Of a DNA stretch of 64,000 nucleotides, positions 41,040 to 53,715 are shown one piece after another. Within the stretch, counting starts at the first letter, position 1. Every line of letters starts with the position of its first letter. Both the position numbers and the translations under genes were made by a program. Source of the DNA: Octopus vulgaris. Its lineage: Eukaryota. The stretch is taken from positions 13,144,001-13,208,000 of the forward strand of contig OX597831.1 of assembly GCA_951406725.2 (NCBI GenBank), read 5' to 3'. The notes under the pieces are model-generated. The model was given only the letters and a program-made list of their open reading frames with translations, ran no database searches and was not told the DNA's origin.

Positions 41040-41255
41040 TTAAAGCAATTAAGATTCAAATGAGTTCTATTGAATTCACAAGAATATGGTACTTGACTTG
41101 GATGCACCAGAAATCTATATGTTGTTAACCATACGATAAAGTGGGGTGATGAGTACGAGCCATCTATAGTTACTGCAATTTTCGTAGCCTTATTAAAGAT
41201 GTCTTTGTACGAAACAATTGTACCGATATTTTGATCCATTCTTGTTGCTTTTTTC
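41037..41255 (+). mobile_element. (TA)n-embedded insert with a hammerhead-like fold
   Basis: gg-gTGATGA-gtac...gtac-GAAAC-aatt-GTA-cc at 41144-41224. Confidence 0.6.
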
Positions 41256-41277
41256 ATACATATATATATATATATAT

Positions 41278-41320
<43 letters not shown>

Positions 41321-41342
41321 TATATCTATATAGATATATATT

Positions 41343-41443
<101 letters not shown>

Positions 41444-41672
41444 CATATATGTGGATATATATATACATATATATATATGTATATATATACATATACATAT
41501 AGATATTCATATATATATACATATATATATACATATATACATATACATATATATACATATATAAATATGCATATACATATATATATATATACATATATAC
41601 ATATACATATATATACACATATACATATGCATATACATATATATATATATATACATACATACACATTTATAT

Positions 41673-41720
<48 letters not shown>

Positions 41721-41780
41721 ATACATATACATATATATATATATATACATACATATACATATATATATACATACATATAC

Positions 41781-41821
<41 letters not shown>

Positions 41822-41865
41822 CATATATATACATATGTATACATATATATATATGTATATATAAA

Positions 41866-42770
41866 TTTTTTTTTCTTCTAGTTTCAGCTCAGAGTTGCGG
41901 CCATGCTGATGCACCGCCGTTTTGTGCTACACTGTTATTGCGACGAACCTCGTCTAATATGTGGCACTTGGTGAAGAATGGAGTTTGATACAGCTACTCT
42001 CATATGCACCTCTTGCCGTGAGGTAGGTTCATCTGGGACTCTCGACAGGAACAGGTCCAGCTTTGATTTAAAACCGCTACATCTACTTTGTGCAAGTTCC
42101 TCAGACTCTTTGGGAGAATATTAAAAAGCTGTGGGCCCTTGAAACCCAGGCTGTTGCAGAAGCTGGTCCTGAAGCGTGATGGCATTGCTGGGATCTTTGG
42201 CAATATGCAGTGTCGTCCCGTTCAAGCATTGGTGTAGCTTACAATGCCAAAATTTGGCAAATTTCTTCCAGGATCTTCCAGACATATATTACTGCACACC
42301 CCTCCCGTCTTCTCTCGATATCCAGGTCCCTGACAGACTTAGGCTCTGGGATTGAAATTCCCTGTGGACCGGTGTATCCTGTAAGTTTAATATACAGTTT
42401 TGGAAGCTGGTAGCGCAGGGCCTGGAATTTTTCAGCATTAAACTGCATATTATTATGCTCAGCCCATCTGTAGATTGAGTCCAACTCCTGCTGCAGGTGT
42501 GCAACATCGCTGGGGTTCTGTATTTTCTGCGAGACTTTTGTATCGTCTGCATAGCGGGCCAGAGTGGCTATCCGGGCATTTGAGGGCATATCTGAGAGGG
42601 CCACTATAAAAAGCAGTGGTCCCAAGACAGTGCCCTGTGGAACACCGCTCACTATTTGTGTGTTCATAGAGGTGGCTCCATTAACCACTACTGCCTGACT
42701 CTTATCTTTCATGAAGTCATGCAACCACACTCCAAGTTTTCCAGCTATGCCGAGGTCACGCAGTTTGTGT
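41866..42770 (-). mobile_element. CR1/L2-group LINE 3' portion (RT, internally deleted C-terminus and 3' tail)
   Basis: HKLRDLGIAGKLGVWL, SGVPQGTVLGPLLF, YADDTKV, WAEHNNMQFNAEKF and GPQLFNILPKSLRN; the 3' end resembles the SINE A tail. Confidence 0.92.
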
Positions 42771-42966
42771 AAGCTACAACAATGCTTGAACGGGACGACA
42801 CTGCATAGTTCCAAAGATCCCAGCAATGCCATCACGCTTCAAGACCAGCTTCTGCAACAGCCTGGGTTTCAAGGGCCCACAACTTTTTAATATTCTCCCA
42901 AAGTGTCTGAGGAACTTGCACAAAGAAGATGTAGTGGTTTTTAAATCAAAGCTGGACATCTTCCTG
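42768..42966 (+). mobile_element. Inverted second copy of the LINE C-terminal segment
   Basis: Reverse complement of 42047-42243 with scattered substitutions; translates to MPSRFKTSFCNSLGFKGPQLFNILPKCLRN. Confidence 0.9.
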
Positions 42967-43702
42967 GGCGACATTGGGGTGACTGTACACAGCTACTGGC
43001 CCACAGTCGACGCTATGGCGACCAGAGCTCGCTCTGGGCGACATTGGGGCGACTGTACACAGCTACCGGCCCACAGTCGACGCTATGGCGACCAGAGCTC
43101 GTTCTGGGCGACAATGGGGCGACTGTACACAGTTACCGGCCCACAGTCGACTGTATGGTGACCGGAGCTCGCTTTGGGCGACATTGGGGCGACTGTACAC
43201 AGTTACCGGCCCACAGTCGACGCTATGGCGACCAGAGCTCGCTCTGGGCGACAATGGGGCGACTGTACACAGTTACCGGCCCACAGTCGACGCTATGGCG
43301 ACCAGAGCTCGCTCTGGGCGACATTGGGGCGACTGTACACAGCTACCGGCCCACAGTCGACGCTATGGCGACCAGAGCTCGTTCTGGGCGACAATGGGGC
43401 GACTGTACACAGTTACCGGCCCACAGTCGACTGTATGGTGACCGGAGCTCGCTTTAGGCGACATTGGGGCGACTGTACACAGTTACCGGCCCACAGTCGA
43501 CGCTATGGCGACCAGAGCTCGCTCTGGGCGACAATGGGGCGACTGTACACAGCTACCGGCCCACAGTCGACGCTATGGCGACCAGAGCTCGCTCTGGGCG
43601 ACATTGGGGCGACTGTACACAGCTACCGGCCCACAGTCGACGCTATGGCGACCAGAGCTCGCTCTGGGCCATATTGAGGCGACTGTACACAGCTACTGGC
43701 CC
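42966..43702. repeat. GC-rich 70-bp minisatellite, ~10.5 copies
   Basis: Unit gggcgacattggggcgactgtacacagctaccggcccacagtcgacgctatggcgaccagagctcgctct starts every 70 bp from 42966 to 43666. Confidence 0.98.
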
Positions 43703-44624
43703 TTAAGCTGACGAAATACCGCTATGCATTTTGTCAGTCGAGGAGTGTAAATAATAATAGTTGGCATAAATTCTGGTTCTTGGGCGGATGACTTGTCTTA
43801 ATGTCAGCATCTTATACTTTTCACATGGTGACCTCATCAATGTTGCAATGTTTTAATAAACTCCACCATGTTGCAATGCGAATTCTTACAGACTGTACTA
43901 ACCATATTTTTCATAAACCATTCTAGACTAACCTAGAAGATTGCTTTGGGTTGCATGCTTTGATTGTGAGGTGGTTATGAAGAAATATATCTAAAAGTAT
44001 GACTTTTCTTAGTTATCTTGGCTGAAACAGTTGTGAAGCACTTTTGCTTCCCTGAGGTTGATAGAATAAAATTAGTGGAACGTCGATTTGTTCTGTTGAG
44101 TTTCGAAAGTGGCAGCGCTCCGTTTTATGTAGTTGTTTTTTACGTAAAGTTGGATATATAACTGTCAATATTTATTTTAGTGCAATGATAATAATAGTTT
44201 GGTAAAGACTGGTTTTTCTCTTACGACTATGTGCTCGGTATAAAATGGGTTTGTCTGTTAATCATATATAAATTTCGTAAAAGCTTGGCTTGTTGTTGAT
44301 GAAAATGAGTGTGTGATGAAAATAATCGATGCTGAGATTTCGATAATGAAAAGGTATTGTGAATATTAAACTTACCAAAGATGATGGTTTTTGAGAGAAT
44401 TATATCAGTCTTCTTGACGCAAAGCGATGGACAGCTTAGGATTTTTCCTTTGCTGAAGGAGTTTGTGAAGCAGAATTAGAGATAGCAGATGAATTATGGC
44501 GGAAATTGTGTGTGACGATAAGTAACTAGAAGTGTTTGTCGCAGATAGATAAAAGAAGCGAATGGTAGGCGAAGATTGATTCTACGTACAGACAAATTTA
44601 TCTTTAAGAGCGAAGTTGAAATAT

Positions 44625-45044
44625 ACGCGCAGGCGTGGCTTTGTGCTAAGATGTTTGTTTTCCAGCCACATGGTTCGGGGTTCAGTCCCACAGCGTGGCA
44701 CCTTGGGCAAGTGTTCTCTACTCTAGCCTCGGGACGACAATAGCCTTGTGAGTTGATGTGGTAGAGGGAAACTGAAAGAACCCCTTCGTATATATATTCG
44801 GCGGCGAGCGGGCAGTGGCGGCGAGCTGGCAGAAACGTTAGCACGTCGGGCGAAATGCGTAGCCGTATTTCGTCTGCCGTTAAGTGTTCTGGGTTCAAAT
44901 TCCGCCGAGGTCGACTTTGCCTTTCATCCTTTCGGGGTCGATAAATTAAGTACCAGTTACGCACTGGGGTCGATGTAATCGACTTACTCCCTTTGTCTGT
45001 CCTTGTTTGTCCCCTCTATGTGTAGCCCCTTGTGGGTAGTAAAG

Positions 45045-45096
<52 letters not shown>

Positions 45097-45292
45097 GTGC
45101 GTGTGTGTGTGTATTTGTTTGTCCTCCGCCACCCTTTGACAACCGGTCTTGGTGTGTAACTTAGCGATTCATCAAAAGTCATTGATATATTAAGTACAAG
45201 GCATAAAATAAGTACTGAGGTCATTTCGTTCGACAATAATTTTTCAAGGCGGTGCCCCATCATGGCCACACTCTAATGACAGAGACAAGTGA
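44625..45292 (+). mobile_element. SINE family A interrupted by a family B copy
   Basis: Head gcgcaggcgtggct...ccttgggcaagtg at 44625-44790; tail gacaaccggt...ggcggtgccccatcatggcc at 45100-45292. Confidence 0.85.
44800..45047 (+). mobile_element. SINE family B, full length, young-looking
   Basis: ggcggcgagctggcagaaacgttagcac...gggttcaaattccgccgaggtcgactttgcctttcatcctttcggggtcgataaattaagtaccag...gtagtaaagaaat. Confidence 0.93.
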
Positions 45293-45364
45293 GTAGTAAA
45301 GCCTAAAAGTTATAGAAGGTAATCGCTTTAATCGAGAAGAATTAAATATAAGGAGTTAAAAATT

Positions 45365-45597
45365 TATTTCTTTATTGCCAACAAGGGGCTAAACATAGAG
45401 GGGACAAACAAGGACAGACACACGGATTAAGTTGATTACATCGACCCCAGTGCATAAATGGTACTTATTTAATCGACTCCGAAAGGATGAAAGGCAAAGT
45501 CGACCTCGGCGGAATTTGAACTCATAACGTAAAGACAGACGAAATACTGCTAAGCATTTCTCCCGGCGTTCTAACGATTCTATCAGATCGCCGCCCT
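45365..45597 (-). mobile_element. SINE family B
   Basis: Reverse complement of the 44800-45047 type. Confidence 0.9.
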
Positions 45598-45704
45598 CTA
45601 AGGAGTTTAATATTAGCATGTTAGAGACGAACTGGATTTGCGTGAATCGCAAATCCAGTTCTTCTCTAAGAAATCAGAGATAGGATATTGTTCAGATTGA
45701 ATTT

Positions 45705-46080
45705 CATGGTTGTGCGGTTAAGGAGTTCGCTTTCTAACCTCATGGTTTCGGGTTCCGTCCGATGACGCGACACCTTGCGTTCCTTCTGCTATTAGTATAG
45801 CCTCGGGTCAACAAATGCTTTGTGGGGGAATTTGGTGGGCAGAAATTGCATGAAGCCCGTCGTATATACGTGTGTGTGTGAGAGTGTGTTTGTTTTGTGT
45901 TTGTTCTCCCTACACTTGACAACCGGTATTGGCATGTTTACGACCCCATACCATAGCGGTTCGACAAAATAGTCACGCTTTAAAAGATTAAATACTAGGA
46001 TGATCGAATTGGTCGGCTAAACCTCTCCAACGTGGTGGCCCATGATGGCTACAGTACAATAACTGAAACAAGTGAAAGAA
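45705..46080 (+). mobile_element. SINE family A, old degenerate copy
   Basis: tatagcctcgggtcaac...gaagcccgtcgtatata...ttgacaaccggt...actgaaacaagtgaaag. Confidence 0.7.
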
Positions 46081-46622
46081 GAATTATAAACTCTGAAGGA
46101 AAATCGTCTAATGATTTGAACGTGTTTCGCGTTTGATTACATTCGATAGTTCATTAGATGGGCTTTAACAAATTTGACCAACCAGAGCAGATTTAGATTT
46201 TCGAGTGTATATCGATCGGCATCTTAATTTAATCATTCATCGACTGGAGCTGGAAGGAAGAAAACTGCAGGGTAGGAGAAAGATTAGTATTCACAACACA
46301 AGGTGTATTATAATAAGAGAATGGACAACGGGAAGAATATTGCCATCTATTGTCGTTAGTCGAGGAGATAATTCAAATCAAAAGCAGCCAATCGAAATGG
46401 CCACCCGAGAAATTAACCAATCAAAAAGAGGATTCACCAAATTGGAAATCATCTGATTTGTTTAAGAATTCTATCCTTAGATATTTTCAATTATCAATCA
46501 ATGTGAATTCTGTCATACAACTCGAAATCCAATTCGTACTTAGACATACTTGAGTAGGTGTGTATGTGCATGAGTATATGGGCATACACATACATATTTA
46601 CATACATACATGCATACATACA

Positions 46623-46656
<34 letters not shown>

Positions 46657-46744
46657 CATACATACATATATACATATACATACATACATACATACATACA
46701 TACATACATACAAAAGAGTCTTGCTTTAAAATATTAAGTACGCA

Positions 46745-47639
46745 TTGATTAAGATTAAGGACGCTTGATGAGATCCGAGCGATTGATGTGAAAACCCGAA
46801 AAATACTAACAGACATACATTATTTCCACATAAACAGTGGCGTAGACCACCTCTGCCTAAAACCTAAACAAGGCGGCAGAGGCTTAACATCAATCCAAAA
46901 TGCCTTTCAATGTCGCATCATATCCCTTCAGCAACATCTTCTAACCACAAAGTGTCGAAGTGCATCCCTTGAGCAAGTTTGCATACATGAAGTTGATAAC
47001 ATCATAAGACTTGGAAGGCAGCTCCTTGAGCAACACTCTTTGCCTGATAACCTGGAATACATTCCCAAAGAAGTCGCACGACTCTACCGCAAGGTATCAT
47101 CAGATGAAAGGATGAGCCAGTATGAGCATAAGACTATGCATGGCTATTTCAGTAGAAAACTCCGAGATGATAGTAACATCGATCTTTAAAGCAGTTTATC
47201 ATGAACCAATAGCCGGATTACTACCTCCCACTTTGAAGGGTATGCGTTTGCAATCCAGGAACAGAAAATATCAACCAAATACCTGATGCACAAAAGGGAT
47301 AGAGATGTAGGAAAAGCCGTAAAATATGACAACCGATGCAGACTTTATGGAGTTCATACTGAAGATAGCACCCACGTCATAAGCAGTTGTCCAAAAATGT
47401 CATCACGGTATAATCTGCCGATGATATTGTAGGCAGGACTCTCTATAATGAAATCCGTCGGAAGGATAATCCCGTGGAGAAAGAAATAAGAACCCATAAT
47501 ATGGTAGAAGCCATAACCACTCATAAGGAATACTGGTGGAATGTACCAGTGAAGACCTCAATAAAATACAAACACAACAGACCTGATATAACGATTTGGG
47601 AAAGAGACGAGAAATTCTGTACAGTTGTGGAAATTAGCT
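46745..47639 (+). pseudogene. R4/Dong-clade LINE fragment (post-RT region, CCHC knuckle, restriction-like endonuclease)
   Basis: IDVKTRKILT, GGRGL, MHGYF, AIQEQ, CRL...HVISSCPKM and HNRPDITIW...VVEIS, with stops and frameshifts. Confidence 0.88.
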
Positions 47640-47675
47640 TCGGCTGATATACCTTCCAGCCTTCATCAGGTGTCT
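47638..47675 (-). ncRNA. Hammerhead ribozyme core remnant
   Basis: Minus strand acac-CTGATGA-A-GGCTG-gaaggtatat-CAGCC-GAA; the stem III half is lost at the junction with the R4 fragment. Confidence 0.65.
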
Positions 47676-47682
47676 TGGGGAA

Positions 47683-47713
<31 letters not shown>

Positions 47714-47714
47714 T

Positions 47715-47781
47715 GGTTACTGCCTGGAATCGAACTCGGAATCTTGGGGTTAGTAGCCCGCGCTCTTAACCACTACGCCAA
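47715..47781 (-). mobile_element. tRNA-like SINE head (Pol III A and B boxes)
   Basis: Minus strand tggcgtagtggttaagagcgcgggctactaaccccaagattccgagttcgattccaggc; no proper acceptor stem. Confidence 0.75.
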
Positions 47782-48462
47782 ATTTCCTTATCAAAAGTCT
47801 GCCAGTTATACACAACAATAGGAAATGAAATTGAAAGAGTCCGTTTCCTATGAGTAATTTTAACGAGGTTTTTATCGGAAGTTGCCATTAATAAAAAAAG
47901 CATCACATTCTTTGGTGTTTCTTTTGTCACCTCTGAAAAGAAAGGAGGAGAAACCGTTTATTTGTGTGTGACGTCATCAGCTAACGTTAACGATATCGAA
48001 TAAAACAGGGAACCAGTTTACTTGTTGGTGTCGGCATTGCTGACGCAGCTGAGTGGAATTCCAATCACTTTTTACTTCCAATTAGAAGATAATTAATAAA
48101 TATAAAGAAGAATGCAGCATGCATTTATCGTGTGCGTGTTTGTGTGTGCGATTGTGTGTGTGTGTGTGTGTTTAGCTGTATAAATGTGCGAGAGAGCGTG
48201 TGTGATTTTGTGTATGTGTGTGAGAGTTTGTGTGTTTGTATGCGAGAGTGTGCTTGAGAGAGGAGTGTATGTGTGTGTGTGTGTGGTGGGGGGGTGCGTA
48301 TGTGAGACAGAAGAAGTGAACAAGAATGTGTTTGTTTTTGAGTGTGCGTATATTTGCTTGTGTGAGAGTGTGTATGTGTGTGTGTGTATTTGTGCTTGCG
48401 TGCGTCTGTGAATGTTGCATGCGTGAGAGGGAGAGAGAGAAAGAGAGAGGCTGAGATAGAAC

Positions 48463-48501
<39 letters not shown>

Positions 48502-49722
48502 CGGTTCAAATGAAGCGACGGTTATATAGAAAACTATAAGAATTCAAAACTCAAGCACTCTGTATAGGCCGTTTCAAAGAATGTCTGCTATATTTCTGAT
48601 ATCTAATTAAAAGTAGGAACAATTTCAAATACAAAAGCCGGGAAGAAGAGAAGTACATCTAAACTTCTTCGGTCGACACACAAGAAGTATTATTAGAGCT
48701 TGACAGTTGATAGGAGTTGCGAATATGGAAGCCACCGAGCTCGATAATTTCAAAGAGGATTATGCAAGACAAACGTACTCGACGCCGGGCGAGAAGCAGC
48801 CGAAGGTTTACTTTTATCAGAGTGTGTGAATGTATGTATGTATGTATGTATGTATGTATGTATGTATGTATGTATGCGTGAATGTCTGTATGTATGTATG
48901 CGTGAATGTCTGTATGCGTGCGTTTCGATTGTGTGATTCTGTGTTGGTGTACGTACCTACATACATATAAACAAACATATGAACGCACACACTCAAATGG
49001 CTCCAGTGACACGGCGGAGAAGCTTTATTGTTAATACGTCCAATTACAAACCATGCCTGCTGTGTTTGTTGCATCTAATTAAAAGAAGCAATAATTTCAA
49101 TGATATCATTTACTTCAGAGAAATGCATGAAAGTCCATGCCATCAATCCACTAGTATTACAAAAGGCCTTAAAATGCCTTTAGTTAATTAGAAGATATTT
49201 ATCAAAGGCGAAACGAAAGATATTAAATCGGCTTAATAGATAGAGATTTCAAACCAACGGGAAACCACAACAGATTTGCTTGATCTGTCATCGAAGGACG
49301 CGCCCCTTCGTTGCCGGTAATGCTTTCACAAGGACATATTTAACTCTTTTGCTTTTAAACTGGTCACATCAGGCCCAAATATTCTGCCTGTTTTATGTTC
49401 AAACTAGCCAGATTCGGCCTCTTGTAGCAACCCTACAATGTTATTCTAAAAATAAACAATCTCATCCTCAAAGTCTCGTAGCTCGGAGATAATGCGTTGT
49501 TAATTCAAATCAATGTGAATGAAATACTACCACTGACAAAGTAACCTGAATTCTTATGGGTTAAGCTGCGATTTAGCCTAAATCGGGCGGTGCTCGTGTT
49601 GAAAAAGGGCTTACGTTCCCGGATCAGAGGAAAGGGAAGCAGTGCGTCGGAAATATATATATATAGAAATTTTTACTACTTGTGGTCTAGCGTGTAGAAA
49701 ATATTGTCAATAGACTATATAT

Positions 49723-49826
49723 TATTCATATAAATAAAGTGTACATTTAAACACATTAAGGGATATCTGTGAAAGGAATCCTTTGACGGATACCTCTTAT
49801 GTCTTTAAATGTACACTGTATTTATA

Positions 49827-49832
<6 letters not shown>
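49723..49832. repeat. Imperfect ~110-bp palindrome in a (TA)n-flanked insert
   Basis: tattcatataaataaagtgtacatttaaacac...gaaagga pairs with tcctttgac...tttaaatgtacactgtatttatatgaata; the left part is homologous to 21475-21570. Confidence 0.85.
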
Positions 49833-49883
<51 letters not shown>

Positions 49884-50449
49884 TGAGAGAGAAAGAGAAA
49901 GAGAAAGAGAGAGAGAGAGAAATAGGGTGCAAGGCCTGCTAAATAAGCCAGTTAGTCAAAGCCCTACTTAATTTCTAGACTTGAGAATATCTGCTGACAG
50001 ATAATACTCTACTCTGACACTGCTACTTCAGTCGTCGAAGTTTTGGACATCACAGGAATGGTACTTGTTTACTGATTACCAATAGCAGATCTATTTTGAT
50101 CTAATCTGCTATGTAGACCTGCTTGTAATAATAGCCAAATAACTAAAATCCCGTACACTACCATGCTATATGAAGAGGACCATATTGAAGGATGTACATA
50201 CTGAAATTAGTCAAGAATAAAACCGAAAACAAACTAGTGGAATGGTCTCAACTCAAATGCTTTTGTTATTAAGCCTGCTCGTTTAAGGTAGATATTAGTT
50301 TATGTTCCCTCGCCGTCTAATGAAACTAACAGAACTGTTTAGGCGTATTCGAAACAGCTGTCGGTTTACAATCTCTAAATTTTCATTTAAAATGGTTTCC
50401 GTTACAGCTTTCACTTTCTAAAACTTAGGTCTCATGTAAGTGCCATGTC

Positions 50450-50539
<90 letters not shown>

Positions 50540-50756
50540 CATTTATCCATCTATCCATCTATGTATGTATGTATGTATCTAATTATCTAACTATTTGTCT
50601 GTCACCCCACCTCTCTCTATTGTTTGTCTTTGTTTGTTTGTCTCTCTTTCTCTATTCATATATATATATATATACATACATATAGCTGTCTGTCAATTTA
50701 TTTGTCTATCTATGTAGTTAGCTAGCTAAGTGCCTCTGTCTGTATACCTATCTGCC

Positions 50757-50788
<32 letters not shown>

Positions 50789-52765
50789 CGTCTTTCTCTC
50801 TCTGTATGTGTGTGTGTTTTTTGTGTGTATGTACAATTTCTTGGGAATGCTAAATCTGGAATTTACTCTTTTAAGCTCATCAACGGATGTTGACTATCAG
50901 ACAGACCAGTAAACTCTAGAATGTTTTATCAAACAAATGTCTGAAACATCCACAAATATCCACAAAACGTTTCTAATGACAAACAAGAAGAATAGTGTAA
51001 GCAAGTAGTTTGAGTTTTGCAATTTACAATTTTCCCTTAATTCAATCCAATCAATCTGGCAACATTATGTAATAATACATGCGGCAGTTCATTAATTCCA
51101 TCTGCCACTTACGTCAATCCTAACGACAAATTTTAATTAAAAATTAACCACAATTACGTATAAAGGTAATTCGCTAATTATTTTATATGCACTTTTGAAC
51201 ATTCTTATATACCGTGCGTTATTACAATTAATCTGTATGATATGGAATGTAACCAATACTTCTATAAATTATTGCATGCTGTTGTAAGACTGGTTGGATT
51301 GAATAAAGTTGAAACACTCGTTAATTGAAATACTACCCTGCCTAAAATTAGACTGTCAGTGAAAAACAATCCTACAGTCTCAATAAATATAACAATAGAA
51401 ACAACAAAAGCTCCATAAGCCATTAAACCGTTAACAAATTCAACTTTACGAGAATGAAGGATAGCGCAGAATAACTGGACCACAATATATATGCTTCACA
51501 GACAACAGGCATGACAAATATATTCCCATCATTAGCTGCCTAGCGAATATCAATATTATTTCAACACCTGGCCAATAGCATTCAACCATTCATTCTGGTG
51601 ATGTCAACAACATTAATAACATAAACGCAGTCTTGGAATTAAGTTGCTACGCGAAAAATTGGCGTGTTCGAAAATCGATTACACGCAAAATCGTATCAAA
51701 GACAGGATTTTGTTTAGGTATATGTATGTATGCATGTATGTCTACAAATGTATATTATTGTTGTTTACACCTAGTTTAGCTCTGACTATTTGAAATGGCA
51801 TTGCAGTCGTGCTCCGTGCCTTTATTTCAGATATCGAAGATTACATTATCCTTATATTCTCAGACAAAGTAATCGCTTCAGCCTTATGACACAAGGGTAT
51901 GATTTGAAAGTTGGTTGATGTGTCTACCTCGCTGAGTAACAAGACGGAGGTAGTCGTTACCGCAACCACATATCTCATTTTCGTATAATTACTGCCAAAA
52001 TTACTGCAAACCTATTGAACTTTCTATAGTGGTAAAACGTAAAACAATTCTCTGATAAACTCGCTTCTTTAATGGGATGTCATTGCGTTGTATGGTTCTA
52101 AACGTTGCTGTGAATAGATTTATAAATTTGATTGTGGAAATAGAAAATTAGGGATTGAAACAACTCGGAAGAAATCAATATTTGGAGTCAATACATGGAG
52201 AACAATTTAGTCTCTCTCTGTCCTTCTCTCTCCTCTATGTCCTCTCTCTCCTTCTCTCTCCTCTCTGTCCCCTCTCTTTCTCCTTCTCTCTCTAACCTCG
52301 CTAAACTTAGCTATAAAAGCTATATTAATAGCAATATAAAAATTAGCTGCAAGAGCGATATTGATAGAAATATAAAGAAAAACAACCAACTCACTTGTGT
52401 AGCACACAAAGAAAGAAAACTATGAAAATAGCCAGTAGATAAATATTAAACTATCTTAAATCCAGCGATGAGGATTTTATTAGTTAAAACATTATTCCAA
52501 TGATCGCTTATGGCCCAGAACATAATGTAGTGTTCAGGACCCCTATCCTTTCCTACCAGCGTAATTTAATTGGAAGCCGAGGCTGAAAAGCACTTGAAAC
52601 GTTAATGGTATCTGGAAAATTACTGTTACAGATAACATATTAAGCGTTAGCAGGAAAATATATAAAAAAGCACGAGACAAGACAAGAGAGAAGGGGAGAC
52701 ACGAAGAATGTATAGCAATTGAAGAGATCACAGTGTGTGTGTCGAGACAACACTGATAAAGAAAC

Positions 52766-52841
<76 letters not shown>
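52766..52841. repeat. (TAA)n microsatellite
   Basis: Seen directly in the sequence. Confidence 0.98.
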
Positions 52842-52842
<1 letters not shown>

Positions 52843-53715
52843 GGATTAAATAGTCAGTTCCACCGTGAAACTAAAAAATTAAAAAAACAGGAAACATCAT
52901 GGCGGTGGCTCAGTATGGGTGATCTAAGAAAGAATACTGAAAGCCTAATCATCGCTGCTTAGGATCAGGCATTGAATACCAACTCAGGGAAAAGGGTTAT
53001 GTGCCACATAATTGCAACGAACCTCTGCAGAATGTGTAGGAAGAGGGTCGAAAGAGTGACTTGTATTGTTAATGCCTGTGAAAGTCTTGCGCAGAAAGTG
53101 TACATGCGCAGACACGACAAGGTAACTCCAAAACCGTCACTGGTCACTATGACGGAGGTATGGATACGAGGTAACGGGTGCTTGGTACCAACATACACCG
53201 GGAAAGGTAATGGACGAAAAGGAGAATGCGAAATTCCCCTGGGACTTTGACTTCCAGACAGATAAGGTGTCAGAGTACTGAAGGCCAGATATAGTAACCT
53301 TTACAAGGGATAAGCAAGAGACTAATAACTGACATGGCATTGTCAGGTGATCAACATATTATCATGAAAGAAAGAGAAAAGATTGATAAACACAGGGATC
53401 TGAGAATTGAGATGACCAAGATGTATCAGCTGCGAGAGTCAAAGATAAAGGTTGTCCCTGTTGTCATCAGAGCATTGGGTTCAATACCACCCGATTTGAA
53501 GAAATATCTATAAACTTTATAAATACTCTATAATCTAGGTGTATTGCAAAATCAGCATTAATTGGAACTGCACGCATATTGCGTAAAACTGTCAGTCTGA
53601 GGTCCTTGGTGTGACTTGACAGTCAGTACAACAACCCGGTAGACACAATATCTTTAATCAACAACATCATTCTATTGGATTATTGGATACAGTACGACGT
53701 CTTAAATGATAAAAT
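52841..53715 (+). pseudogene. R4/Dong-clade LINE 3' end
   Basis: SWRWLSMGDLRKNTESLIIAA*DQALNT, CRMC...IVNAC, RHDKV, WDFDFQTD...RPDIV, VPVVIRALGSIP and LIGTARILRK; it abuts (TAA)n, the typical Dong target. Confidence 0.88.

Noticed and set aside
42966-43702. CRISPR-like array
   Set aside because: The units are contiguous near-identical 70-mers with no unique spacers, there are no cas genes, and the context is eukaryotic.
43740-44600. Possible decayed Penelope RT C-terminus on the minus strand
   Set aside because: There is only a faint resemblance near 44400-44510, which cannot be supported without a profile search.
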